From the NCBI GenBank assembly GCA_044892505.1, contig CM097882.1, positions 393,452,001 to 393,516,000 of the forward strand: a stretch of DNA of 64,000 nucleotides, in the 5' to 3' direction. Shown here piece after piece: positions 42,201-57,200 of this stretch. Both the position numbers and the translations under genes were made by a program. This DNA is from Schmidtea nova (Eukaryota). The notes below the pieces were generated by a model that saw only the letters and a program-made list of their open reading frames with translations, was not told where the DNA came from and did not search any database. Numbering within the stretch: position 1 is the first letter of the stretch; the number at the start of each line of letters is the position of its first letter.

Positions 42201-45200
42201 GAACTAGCTGTTGATTGAGTTGATGTGAATGGAGTAGATATTATCGGGGAACTTGATAATGTGGATAATGTATAAGTTGGAGTAGTTCCAGATGTTGACG
42301 ACACCAATGATGATGTTGATGGTGTTGTTCCAGTTGTGAAGGTAACGGTAGGACTTGTTGTGGTATATCCTGAACTAGCTGTTGATTGAGTTGATGTGAA
42401 TGGAGTAGATATTATCGGGGAACTTGATAATGTGGATAATGTATAAGTTGGAGTAGTTCCAGATGTTGACGACACCAATGATGATGTTGATGGTGTTGTT
42501 CCAGTTGTGAAGGTAACGGTAGGACTTGTTGTGGTATATCCTGAACTAGCTGTTGATTGAGTTGATGTGAATGGAGTGGATATTTTCGGGGAACTTGATA
42601 ATGTGGATAATGTATAAGTTGGAGTAGTTCCAGATGTTGACGACACTAATGATGATGTTGATGGTGTTGTTCCAGTTGTAAAGGTAACGGTAGGACTTGT
42701 TGTGGTATATCCTGAACTAGCTGTTGATTGAGTTGATGTGATCGGAGTAGATACTATCGAGGTAATTGATGATGTTATAGTGATAGGAGTTGAAGGTTTC
42801 GTCGTTGTTCTTTTTGTTGTTGTTAACTTGGTTGTCGCAATATTTTCAGTTACTTCAGTTATAATGGTCGTAGATTCAGTTGTTTCTGTTCCTATTTATT
42901 TTTTTACTTATATCATATAATTAAAGATATTTACCTTTACAGCTCAATGGCTCATCAAGATTAGGGTTTTTACATTCTGCAATATTATCACAATTTTTCG
43001 CACAAATCATATTTCCCATAATATCTTCACAAAATGTTTCTTCTATCTCACAATACATTGTCGTTGTAAATTGATTTGTAATTTCAGTTGTTTTTGTTGT
43101 GTGTGAAATTGTCTTTTCAAACGTTGTTGTTATCGATGGTGTTGTAGTAACTTCCTTTGGAGTGAAACAACCAATAACTTCTATGCTGATAGCTATTGTT
43201 GGATTTGTTTCATTTCTGAAACCATATTGTGATTATGTGGTTTAATTAATGAAATTTTAAAATTATGGATATAAAAAGAGTTGTTTGACTCATTCCATAT
43301 TAGTTGCAATATAACAAAACTTACAAATTCGGAATTGTTGTAATGACGATTTCAATTTTGTCGATTTCAGTTCCTGGCTTTACTGTTGGTGAAGTCATTT
43401 TGTCCAATAACTTTGGAGACTCTTCTAAATCTCTACCCGTGAAAACTTGAGTCGATTTATCGCCATTATCCAATGTGACTGTCAAAACTACGACTTGAAC
43501 ATTTTCAGGCTTGTCAATGACAACATTGATCTCATTAACTGCAGGTGACTGTGTTTCTACATAAAATTTGGTTATAGAATACATGTTCCTAACAAGATGA
43601 TATTAGAATTTACCTTTTTTTGTTGGATTAATTTCGAATACGACTTGTGAACCCGTAACTGGTAAACCTTGGGTTGTTCCGAGTTTTTCACTTGATTCTG
43701 TAGGTTGTAAAGTGTTGTCAACAGTTACTTTGATATCAGATGGTGGAATTGTCTATAGAAATATAGTGAGGTTATTATTCATATTAATCATTTTAGTTTA
43801 TGTTACATTTTTGTCTGTCATTCCATCTTTAACGAGACAAGGTATTGGACTTGTAGTCGTTGTTGTTGGTGCTGTTGTTAGTGTTGGTGTTGTTGTTGCT
43901 GATGTTGTGGTGGCAGATGTCGTTGTTATCGATGGTGTAGTAGTAACTTCTTTTGGAGTGAAGCAACCAATAACTTCTATGCTGATAGCTATTGTTGGAT
44001 TTGTTTCATTTCTGAAACCATATTGTGATTATGTGGTTTAATTAATGAAATTTTAAAATTATGGATATAAAAAGAGTTGTTTGACTCATTCCATATTAGT
44101 TGCAATATAACAAAACTTACAAATTCGGAATTGTTGTAATGACGATTTCAATTTTGTCGATTTCAGTTCCTGGCTTTACTGTTGGTGAAGTCATTTTGTC
44201 CAATAACTTTGGAGACTCTTCTAAATCTCTACCCGTGAAAACTTGAGTCGATTTATCGCCATTATCCAATGTGACTGTCAAAACTACGACTTGAACATTT
44301 TCAGGCTTGTCAATGACAACATTGATCTCATTAACTGCAGGTGACTGTGTTTCTACATAAAATTTGGTTATAGAATACATGTTCCTAACAAGATGATATT
44401 AGAATTTACCTTTTTTTGTTGGATTAATTTCGAATACGACTTGTGAACCCGTAACTGGTAAACCTTGGGTTGTTCCGAGTTTTTCACTTGATTCTGTAGG
44501 TTGTAAAGTGTTGTCAACAGTTACTTTGATATCAGATGGTGGAATTGTCTATAGAAATATAGTGAGGTTATTATTCATATTAATCATTTTAGTTTATGTT
44601 ACATTTTTGTCTGTCATTCCATCTTTAACGAGACAAGGTATTGGACTTGTAGTCGTTGTTGTTGGTGCTGTTGTTAGTGTTGGTGTTGTTGTTGCTGATG
44701 TTGTGGTGGCAGATGTCGTTGTTATCGATGGTGTAGTAGTAACTTCTTTTGGAGTGAAGCAACCAATAACTTCTATGCTGATAGCTATTGTTGGATTTGT
44801 TTCATTTCTGAAACCATATTGTGATTATGTGGTTTAATTAATGAAATTTTAAAATTATGGATATAAAAAGAGTTGTTTGACTCATTCCATATTAGTTGCA
44901 ATATAACAAAACTTACAAATTCGGAATTGTTGTAATGACGATTTCAATTTTGTCGATTTCAGTTCCTGGCTTTACTGTTGGTGAAGTCATTTTGTCCAAT
45001 AACTTTGGAGACTCTTCTAAATCTCTACCCGTGAAAACTTGAGTCGATTTATCGCCATTATCCAATGTGACTGTCAAAACTACGACTTGAACATTTTCAG
45101 GCTTGTCAATGACAACATTGATCTCATTAACTGCAGGTGACTGTGTTTCTACATAAAATTTGGTTATAGAATACATGTTCCTAACAAGATGATATTAGAA

Positions 45201-48200
45201 TTTACCTTTTTTTGTTGGATTAATTTCGAATACGACTTGTGAACCCGTAACTGGTAAACCTTGGGTTGTTCCGAGTTTTTCACTTGATTCTGTAGGTTGT
45301 AAAGTGTTGTCAACAGTTACTTTGATATCAGATGGTGGAATTGTCTATAGAAATATAGTGAGGTTATTATTCATATTAATCATTTTAGTTTATGTTACAT
45401 TTTTGTCTGTCATTCCATCTTTAACGAGACAAGGTATTGGACTTGTAGTCGTTGTTGTTGGTGCTGTTGTTAGTGTTGGTGTTGTTGTTGCTGATGTTGT
45501 GGTGGCAGATGTCGTTGTTATCGATGGTGTAGTAGTAACTTCTTTTGGAGTGAAGCAACCAATAACTTCTATGCTGATAGCTATTGTTGGATTTGTTTCA
45601 TTTCTGAAACCATATTGTGATTATGTGGTTTAATTAATGAAATTTTAAAATTATGGATATAAAAAGAGTTGTTTGACTCATTCCATATTAGTTGCAATAT
45701 AACAAAACTTACAAATTCGGAATTGTTGTAATGACGATTTCAATTTTGTCGATTTCAGTTCCTGGCTTTACTGTTGGTGAAGTCATTTTGTCCAATAACT
45801 TTGGAGACTCTTCTAAATCTCTACCCGTGAAAACTTGAGTCGATTTATCGCCATTATCCAATGTGACTGTCAAAACTACGACTTGAACATTTTCAGGCTT
45901 GTCAATGACAACATTGATCTCATTAACTGCAGGTGACTGTGTTTCTACATAAAATTTGGTTATAGAATACATGTTCCTAACAAGATGATATTAGAATTTA
46001 CCTTTTTTTGTTGGATTAATTTCGAATACGACTTGTGAACCCGTAACTGGTAAACCTTGGGTTGTTCCGAGTTTTTCACTTGATTCTGTAGGTTGTAAAG
46101 TGTTGTCAACAGTTACTTTGATATCAGATGGTGGAATTGTCTATAGAAATATAGTGAGGTTATTATTCATATTAATCATTTTAGTTTATGTTACATTTTT
46201 GTCTGTCATTCCATCTTTAACGAGACAAGGTATTGGACTTGTAGTCGTTGTTGTTGGTGCTGTTGTTAGTGTTGGTGTTGTTGTTGCTGATGTTGTGGTG
46301 GCAGATGTCGTTGTTATCGATGGTGTAGTAGTAACTTCTTTTGGAGTGAAGCAACCAATAACTTCTATGCTGATAGCTATTGTTGGATTTGTTTCATTTC
46401 TGAAACCATATTGTGATTATGTGGTTTAATTAATGAAATTTTAAAATTATGGATATAAAAAGAGTTGTTTGACTCATTCCATATTAGTTGCAATATAACA
46501 AAACTTACAAATTCGGAATTGTTGTAATGACGATTTCAATTTTGTCGATTTCAGTTCCTGGCTTTACTGTTGGTGAAGTCATTTTGTCCAATAACTTTGG
46601 AGACTCTTCTAAATCTCTACCCGTGAAAACTTGAGTCGATTTATCGCCATTATCCAATGTGACTGTCAAAACTACGACTTGAACATTTTCAGGCTTGTCA
46701 ATGACAACATTGATCTCATTAACTGCAGGTGACTGTGTTTCTACATAAAATTTGGTTATAGAATACATGTTCCTAACAAGATGATATTAGAATTTACCTT
46801 TTTTTGTTGGATTAATTTCGAATACGACTTGTGAACCCGTAACTGGTAAACCTTGGGTTGTTCCGAGTTTTTCACTTGATTCTGTAGGTTGTAAAGTGTT
46901 GTCAACAGTTACTTTGATATCAGATGGTGGAATTGTCTATAGAAATATAGTGAGGTTATTATTCATATTAATCATTTTAGTTTATGTTACATTTTTGTCT
47001 GTCATTCCATCTTTAACGAGACAAGGTATTGGACTTGTAGTCGTTGTTGTTGGTGCTGTTGTTAGTGTTGGTGTTGTTGTTGCTGATGTTGTGGTGGCAG
47101 ATGTCGTTGTTATCGATGGTGTAGTAGTAACTTCTTTTGGAGTGAAGCAACCAATAACTTCTATGCTGATAGCTATTGTTGGATTTGTTTCATTTCTGAA
47201 ACCATATTGTGATTATGTGGTTTAATTAATGAAATTTTAAAATTATGGATATAAAAAGAGTTGTTTGACTCATTCCATATTAGTTGCAATATAACAAAAC
47301 TTACAAATTCGGAATTGTTGTAATGACGATTTCAATTTTGTCGATTTCAGTTCCTGGCTTTACTGTTGGTGAAGTCATTTTGTCCAATAACTTTGGAGAC
47401 TCTTCTAAATCTCTACCCGTGAAAACTTGAGTCGATTTATCGCCATTATCCAATGTGACTGTCAAAACTACGACTTGAACATTTTCAGTCTTGTCAATGA
47501 CAACATTGATCTCATTAACTGCAGGTGACTGTGTTTCTACATAAAATTTGGTTATAGAATACATGTTCCTAACAAGATGATATTAGAATTTACCTTTTTT
47601 TGTTGGATTAATTTCGAATACGACTTGTGAACCCGTAACTGGTAAACCTTGGGTTGTTCCGAGTTTTTCACTTGATTCTGTAGGTTGTAAAGTGTTGTCA
47701 ACAGTTACTTTGATATCAGATGGTGGAATTGTCTATAGAAATATAGTGAGGTTATTATTCATATTAATCATTTTAGTTTATGTTACATTTTTGTCTGTCA
47801 TTCCATCTTTAACGAGACAAGGTATTGGACTTGTAGTCGTTGTTGTTGGTGCTGTTGTTAGTGTTGGTGTTGTTGTTGCTGATGTTGTGGTGGCAGATGT
47901 CGTTGTTATCGATGGTGTAGTAGTAACTTCTTTTGGAGTGAAGCAACCAATAACTTCTATGCTGATAGCTATTGTTGGATTTGTTTCATTTCTGAAACCA
48001 TATTGTGATTATGTGGTTTAATTAATGAAATTTTAAAATTATGGATATAAAAAGAGTTGTTTGACTCATTCCATATTAGTTGCAATATAACAAAACTTAC
48101 AAATTCGGAATTGTTGTAATGACGATTTCAATTTTGTCGATTTCAGTTCCTGGCTTTACTGTTGGTGAAGTCATTTTGTCCAATAACTTTGGAGACTCTT

Positions 48201-51200
48201 CTAAATCTCTACCCGTGAAAACTTGAGTCGATTTATCGCCATTATCCAATGTGACTGTCAAAACTACGACTTGAACATTTTCAGTCTTGTCAATGACAAC
48301 ATTGATCTCATTAACTGCAGGTGACTGTGTTTCTACATAAAATTTGGTTATAGAATACATGTTCCTAACAAGATGATATTAGAATTTACCTTTTTTTGTT
48401 GGATTAATTTCGAATACGACTTGTGAACCCGTAACTGGTAAACCTTGGGTTGTTCCGAGTTTTTCACTTGATTCTGTAGGTTGTAAAGTGTTGTCAACAG
48501 TTACTTTGATATCAGATGGTGGAATTGTCTATAGAAATATAGTGAGGTTATTATTCATATTAATCATTTTAGTTTATGTTACATTTTTGTCTGTCATTCC
48601 ATCTTTAACGAGACAAGGTATTGGACTTGTAGTCGTTGTTGTTGGTGCTGTTGTTAGTGTTGGTGTTGTTGTTGCTGATGTTGTGGTGGCAGATGTCGTT
48701 GTTATCGATGGTGTAGTAGTAACTTCTTTTGGAGTGAAGCAACCAATAACTTCTATGCTGATAGCTATTGTTGGATTTGTTTCATTTCTGAAACCATATT
48801 GTGATTATGTGGTTTAATTAATGAAATTTTAAAATTATGGATATAAAAAGAGTTGTTTGACTCATTCCATATTAGTTGCAATATAACAAAACTTACAAAT
48901 TCGGAATTGTTGTAATGACGATTTCAATTTTGTCGATTTCAGTTCCTGGCTTTACTGTTGGTGAAGTCATTTTGTCCAATAACTTTGGAGACTCTTCTAA
49001 ATCTCTACCCGTGAAAACTTGAGTCGATTTATCGCCATTATCCAATGTGACTGTCAAAACTACGACTTGAACATTTTCAGTCTTGTCAATGACAACATTG
49101 ATCTCATTAACTGCAGGTGACTGTGTTTCTACATAAAACTTGGTTATAGAATACATGTTCCTAACAAGATGATATTAGAATTTACCTTTTTTTGTTGGAT
49201 TAATTTCGAATACGACTTGTGAACCCGTAACTGGTAAACCTTGGGTCGTTCCGAGTTTTTCACTTGATTCTGTAGGTTGTAAAGTGTTGTCAACAGTTAC
49301 TTTGATATCAGATGGTGGAATTGTCTATAGAAATATAGTGAGGTTATTATTCATATTAATCATTTTAGTTTATGTTACATTTTTGTCTGTCATTCCATCT
49401 TTAACGAGACAAGGTATTGGACTTGTAGTCGTTGTTGTTGGTGCTGTTGTTAGTGTTGGTGTTGTTGTTGCTGATGTTGTGGTGGCAGATGTCGTTGTTA
49501 TCGATGGTGTAGTAGTAACTTCTTTTGGAGTGAAGCAACCAATAACTTCTATGCTGATAGCTATTGTTGGATTTGTTTCATTTCTGAAACCATATTGTGA
49601 TTATGTGGTTTAATTAATGAAATTTTAAAATTATGGATATAAAAAGAGTTGTTTGACTCATTCCATATTAGTTGCAATATAACAAAACTTACAAATTCGG
49701 AATTGTTGTAATGACGATTTCAATTTTGTCGATTTCAGTTCCTGGCTTTACTGTTGGTGAAGTCATTTTGTCCAATAACTTTGGAGACTCTTCTAAATCT
49801 CTACCCGTGAAAACTTGAGTCGATTTATCGCCATTATCCAATGTGACTGTCAAAACTACGACTTGAACATTTTCAGTCTTGTCAATGACAACATTGATCT
49901 CATTAACTGCAGGTGACTGTGTTTCTACATAAAACTTGGTTATAGAATACATGTTCCTAACAAGATGATATTAGAATTTACCTTTTTTTGTTGGATTAAT
50001 TTCGAATACGACTTGTGAACCCGTAACTGGTAAACCTTGGGTCGTTCCGAGTTTTTCACTTGATTCTGTAGGTTGTAAAGTGTTGTCAACAGTTACTTTG
50101 ATATCAGATGGTGGAATTGTCTATAGAAATATAGTGAGGTTATTATTCATATTAATCATTTTAGTTTATGTTACATTTTTGTCTGTCATTCCATCTTTAA
50201 CGAGACAAGGTATTGGACTTGTAGTCGTTGTTGTTGGTGCTGTTGTTAGTGTTGGTGTTGTTGTTGCTGATGTTGTGGTGGCAGATGTCGTTGTTATCGA
50301 TGGTGTAGTAGTAACTTCTTTTGGAGTGAAGCAACCAATAACTTCTATGCTGATAGCTATTGTTGGATTTGTTTCATTTCTGAAACCATATTGTGATTAT
50401 GTGGTTTAATTAATGAAATTTTAAAATTATGGATATAAAAAGAGTTGTTTGACTCATTCCATATTAGTTGCAATATAACAAAACTTACAAATTCGGAATT
50501 GTTGTAATGACGATTTCAATTTTGTCGATTTCAGTTCCTGGCTTTACTGTTGGTGAAGTCATTTTGTCCAATAACTTTGGAGACTCTTCTAAATCTCTAC
50601 CCGTGAAAACTTGAGTCGATTTATCGCCATTATCCAATGTGACTGTCAAAACTACGACTTGAACATTTTCAGGCTTGTCAATGACAACATTGATCTCATT
50701 AACTGCAGGTGACTGTGTTTCTACATAAAATTTGGTTATAGAATACATGTTCCTAACAAGATGATATTAGAATTTACCTTTTTTTGTTGGATTAATTTCG
50801 AATACGACTTGTGAACCCGTAAATGGTAAACCTTGGGTTGTTCCGAGTTTTTCACTTGATTCTGTAGGTTGTAAAGTGTTGTCAACAGTTACTTTGATAT
50901 CAGATGGTGGAATTGTCTATAGAAATATAGTGAGGTTATTATTCATATTAATCATTTTAGTTTATGTTACATTTTTGTCTGTCATTCCATCTTTAACGAG
51001 ACAAGGTATTGGACTTGTAGTCGTTGTTGTTGGTGCTGTTGTTAGTGTTGGTGTTGTTGTTGCTGATGTTGTGGTGGCAGATGTCGTTGTTATCGATGGT
51101 GTAGTAGTAACTTCTTTTGGAGTGAAGCAACCAATAACTTCTATGCTGATAGCTATTGTTGGATTTGTTTCATTTCTGAAACCATATTGTGATTATGTGG

Positions 51201-54200
51201 TTTAATTAATGAAATTTTAAAATTATGGATATAAAAAGAGTTGTTTGACTCATTCCATATTAGTTGCAATATAACAAAACTTACAAATTCGGAATTGTTG
51301 TAATGACGATTTCAATTTTGTCGATTTCAGTTCCTGGCTTTACTGTTGGTGAAGTCATTTTGTCCAATAACTTTGGAGACTCTTCTAAATCTCTACCCGT
51401 GAAAACTTGAGTCGATTTATCGCCATTATCCAATGTGACTGTCAAAACTACGACTTGAACATTTTCAGGCTTGTCAATGACAACATTGATCTCATTAACT
51501 GCAGGTGACTGTGTTTCTACATAAAATTTGGTTATAGAATACATGTTCCTAACAAGATGATATTAGAATTTACCTTTTTTTGTTGGATTAATTTCGAATA
51601 CGACTTGTGAACCCGTAACTGGTAAACCTTGGGTTGTTCCGAGTTTTTCACTTGATTCTGTAGGTTGTAAAGTGTTGTCAACAGTTACTTTGATATCAGA
51701 TGGTGGAATTGTCTATAGAAATATAGTGAGGTTATTATTCATATTAATCATTTTAGTTTATGTTACATTTTTGTCTGTCATTCCATCTTTAACGAGACAA
51801 GGTATTGGACTTGTAGTCGTTGTTGTTGGTGCTGTTGTTAGTGTTGGTGTTGTTGTTGCTGATGTTGTGGTGGCAGATGTCGTTGTTATCGATGGTGTAG
51901 TAGTAACTTCTTTTGGAGTGAAGCAACCAATAACTTCTATGCTGATAGCTATTGTTGGATTTGTTTCATTTCTGAAACCATATTGTGATTATGTGGTTTA
52001 ATTAATGAAATTTTAAAATTATGGATATAAAAAGAGTTGTTTGACTCATTCCATATTAGTTGCAATATAACAAAACTTACAAATTCGGAATTGTTGTAAT
52101 GACGATTTCAATTTTGTCGATTTCAGTTCCTGGCTTTACTGTTGGTGAAGTCATTTTGTCCAATAACTTTGGAGACTCTTCTAAATCTCTACCCGTGAAA
52201 ACTTGAGTCGATTTATCGCCATTATCCAATGTGACTGTCAAAACTACGACTTGAACATTTTCAGGCTTGTCAATGACAACATTGATCTCATTAACTGCAG
52301 GTGACTGTGTTTCTACATAAAATTTGGTTATAGAATACATGTTCCTAACAAGATGATATTAGAATTTACCTTTTTTTGTTGGATTAATTTCGAATACGAC
52401 TTGTGAACCCGTAACTGGTAAACCTTGGGTTGTTCCGAGTTTTTCACTTGATTCTGTAGGTTGTAAAGTGTTGTCGACAGTTACTTTGATATCAGATGGT
52501 GGAATTGTCTATAGAAATATAGTGAGGTTATTATTCATATTAATCATTTTAGTTTATGTTACATTTTTGTCTGTCATTCCATCTGTAACGAGACAAGGTA
52601 TTGGACTTGTAGTCGTTGTTGTTGGTGCTGTTGTTAGTGTTGGTGTTGTTGTTGCTGATGTTGTGGTGGCAGATGTCGTTGTTATCGATGGTGTAGTAGT
52701 AACTTCTTTTGGAGTGAAGCAACCAATAACTTCTATGCTGATAGCTATTGTTGGATTTGTTTCATTTCTGAAACCATATTGTGATTATGTGGTTTAATTA
52801 ATGAAATTTTAAAATTATGGATATAAAAAGAGTTGTTTGACTCATTCCATATTAGTTGCAATATAACAAAACTTACAAATTCGGAATTGTTGTAATGACG
52901 ATTTCAATTTTGTCGATTTCAGTTCCTGGCTTTACTGTTGGTGAAGTCATTTTGTCCAATAACTTTGGAGACTCTTCTAAATCTCTACCCGTGAAAACTT
53001 GAGTCGATTTATCGCCATTATCCAATGTGACTGTCAAAACTACGACTTGAACATTTTCAGGCTTGTCAATGACAACATTGATCTCATTAACTGCAGGTGA
53101 CTGTGTTTCTACATAAAATTTGGTTATAGAATACATGTTCCTAACAAGATGATATTAGAATTTACCTTTTTTTGTTGGATTAATTTCGAATACGACTTGT
53201 GAACCCGTAAATGGTAAACCTTGGGTTGTTCCGAGTTTTTCACTTGATTCTGTAGGTTGTAAAGTGTTGTCAACAGTTACTTTGATATCAGATGGTGGAA
53301 TTGTCTATAGAAATATAGTGAGGTTATTATTCATATTAATCATTTTAGTTTATGTTACATTTTTGTCTGTCATTCCATCTTTAACGAGACAAGGTATTGG
53401 ACTTGTAGTCGTTGTTGTTGGTGCTGTTGTTAGTGTTGGTGTTGTTGTTGCTGATGTTGTGGTGGCAGATGTCGTTGTTATCGATGGTGTAGTAGTAACT
53501 TCTTTTGGAGTGAAGCAACCAATAACTTCTATGCTGATAGCTATTGTTGGATTTGTTTCATTTCTGAAACCATATTGTGATTATGTGGTTTAATTAATGA
53601 AATTTTAAAATTATGGATATAAAAAGAGTTGTTTGACTCATTCCATATTAGTTGCAATATAACAAAACTTACAAATTCGGAATTGTTGTAATGACGATTT
53701 CAATTTTGTCGATTTCAGTTCCTGGCTTTACTGTTGGTGAAGTCATTTTGTCCAATAACTTTGGAGACTCTTCTAAATCTCTACCCGTGAAAACTTGAGT
53801 CGATTTATCGCCATTATCCAATGTGACTGTCAAAACTACGACTTGAACATTTTCAGGCTTGTCAATGACAACATTGATCTCATTAACTGCAGGTGACTGT
53901 GTTTCTACATAAAATTTGGTTATAGAATACATGTTCCTAACAAGATGATATTAGAATTTACCTTTTTTTGTTGGATTAATTTCGAATACGACTTGTGAAC
54001 CCGTAACTGGTAAACCTTGGGTTGTTCCGAGTTTTTCACTTGATTCTGTAGGTTGTAAAGTGTTGTCAACAGTTACTTTGATATCAGATGGTGGAATTGT
54101 CTATAGAAATATAGTGAGGTTATTATTCATATTAATCATTTTAGTTTATGTTACATTTTTGTCTGTCATTCCATCTTTAACGAGACAAGGTATTGGACTT

Positions 54201-57200
54201 GTAGTCGTTGTTGTTGGTGCTGTTGTTAGTGTTGGTGTTGTTGTTGCTGATGTTGTGGTGGCAGATGTCGTTGTTATCGATGGTGTAGTAGTAACTTCTT
54301 TTGGAGTGAAGCAACCAATAACTTCTATGCTGATAGCTATTGTTGGATTTGTTTCATTTCTGAAACCATATTGTGATTATGTGGTTTAATTAATGAAATT
54401 TTAAAATTATGGATATAAAAAGAGTTGTTTGACTCATTCCATATTAGTTGCAATATAACAAAACTTACAAATTCGGAATTGTTGTAATGACGATTTCAAT
54501 TTTGTCGATTTCAGTTCCTGGCTTTACTGTTGGTGAAGTCATTTTGTCCAATAACTTTGGAGACTCTTCTAAATCTCTACCCGTGAAAACTTGAGTCGAT
54601 TTATCGCCATTATCCAATGTGACTGTCAAAACTACGACTTGAACATTTTCAGGCTTGTCAATGACAACATTGATCTCATTAACTGCAGGTGACTGTGTTT
54701 CTACATAAAATTTGGTTATAGAATACATGTTCCTAACAAGATGATATTAGAATTTACCTTTTTTTGTTGGATTAATTTCGAATACGACTTGTGAACCCGT
54801 AACTGGTAAACCTTGGGTTGTTCCGAGTTTTTCACTTGATTCTGTAGGTTGTAAAGTGTTGTCGACAGTTACTTTGATATCAGATGGTGGAATTGTCTAT
54901 AGAAATATAGTGAGGTTATTATTCATATTAATCATTTTAGTTTATGTTACATTTTTGTCTGTCATTCCATCTGTAACGAGACAAGGTATTGGACTTGTAG
55001 TCGTTGTTGTTGGTGCTGTTGTTAGTGTTGGTGTTGTTGTTGCTGATGTTGTGGTGGCAGATGTCGTTGTTATCGATGGTGTAGTAGTAACTTCTTTTGG
55101 AGTGAAGCAACCAATAACTTCTATGCTGATAGCTATTGTTGGATTTGTTTCATTTCTGAAACCATATTGTGATTATGTGGTTTAATTAATGAAATTTTAA
55201 AATTATGGATATAAAAAGAGTTGTTTGACTCATTCCATATTAGTTGCAATATAACAAAACTTACAAATTCGGAATTGTTGTAATGACGATTTCAATTTTG
55301 TCGATTTCAGTTCCTGGCTTTACTGTTGGTGAAGTCATTTTGTCCAATAACTTTGGAGACTCTTCTAAATCTCTACCCATGAAAACTTGAGTCGATTTAT
55401 CGCCATTATCCAATGTGACTGTCAAAACTACGACTTGAACATTTTCAGGCTTGTCAATGACAACATTGATCTCATTAACTGCAGGTGACTGTGTTTCTAC
55501 ATAAAATTTGGTTATAGAATACATGTTCCTAACAAGATGATATTAGAATTTACCTTTTTTTGTTGGATTAATTTCGAATACGACTTGTGAACCCGTAACT
55601 GGTAAACCTTGGGTTGTTCCGAGTTTTTCACTTGATTCTGTAGGTTGTAAAGTGTTGTCGACAGTTACTTTGATATCAGATGGTGGAATTGTCTATAGAA
55701 ATATAGTGAGGTTATTATTCATATTAATCATTTTAGTTTATGTTACATTTTTGTCTGTCATTCCATCTTTAACGAGACAAGGTATTGGACTTGTAGTCGT
55801 TGTTGTTGGTGCTGTTGTTAGTGTTGGTGTTGTTGTTGCTGATGTTGTGGTGGCAGATGTCGTTGTTATCGATGGTGTAGTAGTAACTTCTTTTGGAGTG
55901 AAGCAACCAATAACTTCTATGCTGATAGCTATTGTTGGATTTGTTTCATTTCTGAAACCATATTGTGATTATGTGGTTTAATTAATGAAATTTTAAAATT
56001 ATGGATATAAAAAGAGTTGTTTGACTCATTCCATATTAGTTGCAATATAACAAAACTTACAAATTCGGAATTGTTGTAATGACGATTTCAATTTTGTCGA
56101 TTTCAGTTCCTGGCTTTACTGTTGGTGAAGTCATTTTGTCCAATAACTTTGGAGACTCTTCTAAATCTCTACCCGTGAAAACTTGAGTCGATTTATCGCC
56201 ATTATCCAATGTGACTGTCAAAACTACGACTTGAACATTTTCAGGCTTGTCAATGACAACATTGATCTCATTAACTGCAGGTGACTGTGTTTCTACATAA
56301 AATTTGGTTATAGAATACATGTTCCTAACAAGATGATATGAGAATTTACCTTTTTTTGTTGGATTAATTTCGAATACGACTTGTGAACCCGTAACTGGTA
56401 AACCTTGGGTTGTTCCGAGTTTTTCACTTGATTCTGTAGGTTGTAAAGTGTTGTCAACAGTTACTTTGATATCAGATGGTGGAATTGTCTATAGAAATAT
56501 AGTGAGGTTATTATTCATATTAATCATTTTAGTTTATGTTACATTTTTGTCTGTCATTCCATCTTTAACGAGACAAGGTATTGGACTTGTAGTCGTTGTT
56601 GTTGGTGCTGTTGTTAGTGTTGGTGTTGTTGTTGCTGATGTTGTGGTGGCAGATGTCGTTGTTATCGATGGTGTAGTAGTAACTTCTTTTGGAGTGAAGC
56701 AACCAATAACTTCTATGCTGATAGCTATTGTTGGATTTGTTTCATTTCTGAAACCATATTGTGATTATGTGGTTTAATTAATGAAATTTTAAAATTATGG
56801 ATATAAAAAGAGTTGTTTGACTCATTCCATATTAGTTGCAATATAACAAAACTTACAAATTCGGAATTGTTGTAATGACGATTTCAATTTTGTCGATTTC
56901 AGTTCCTGGCTTTACTGTTGGTGAAGTCATTTTGTCCAATAACTTTGGAGACTCTTCTAAATCTCTACCCGTGAAAACTTGAGTCGATTTATCGCCATTA
57001 TCCAATGTGACTGTCAAAACTACGACTTGAACATTTTCAGGCTTGTCAATGACAACATTGATCTCATTAACTGCAGGTGACTGTGTTTCTACATAAAATT
57101 TGGTTATAGAATACATGTTCCTAACAAGATGATATTAGAATTTACCTTTTTTTGTTGGATTAATTTCGAATACGACTTGTGAACCCGTAACTGGTAAACC

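Larger units (their letters stand above)
9841..42745. repeat. Array 1: 13-unit exon-intron macro-repeat (1834-3373 bp units) with nested 171-bp coding VNTR
   Basis: Unit spacings 2005, 2176, 3031, 2347, 2347, 2689, 3373, 2689, 2689, 1834, 2518 and 2689 all differ by multiples of 171 bp. The 57-aa repeat is SSTSGTTPTYTLSTLSSSPIISTPFTSTQSTASSGYTTTSPTVTFTTGTTPSTSSLV (36/57 Ser+Thr). Confidence 0.97.
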
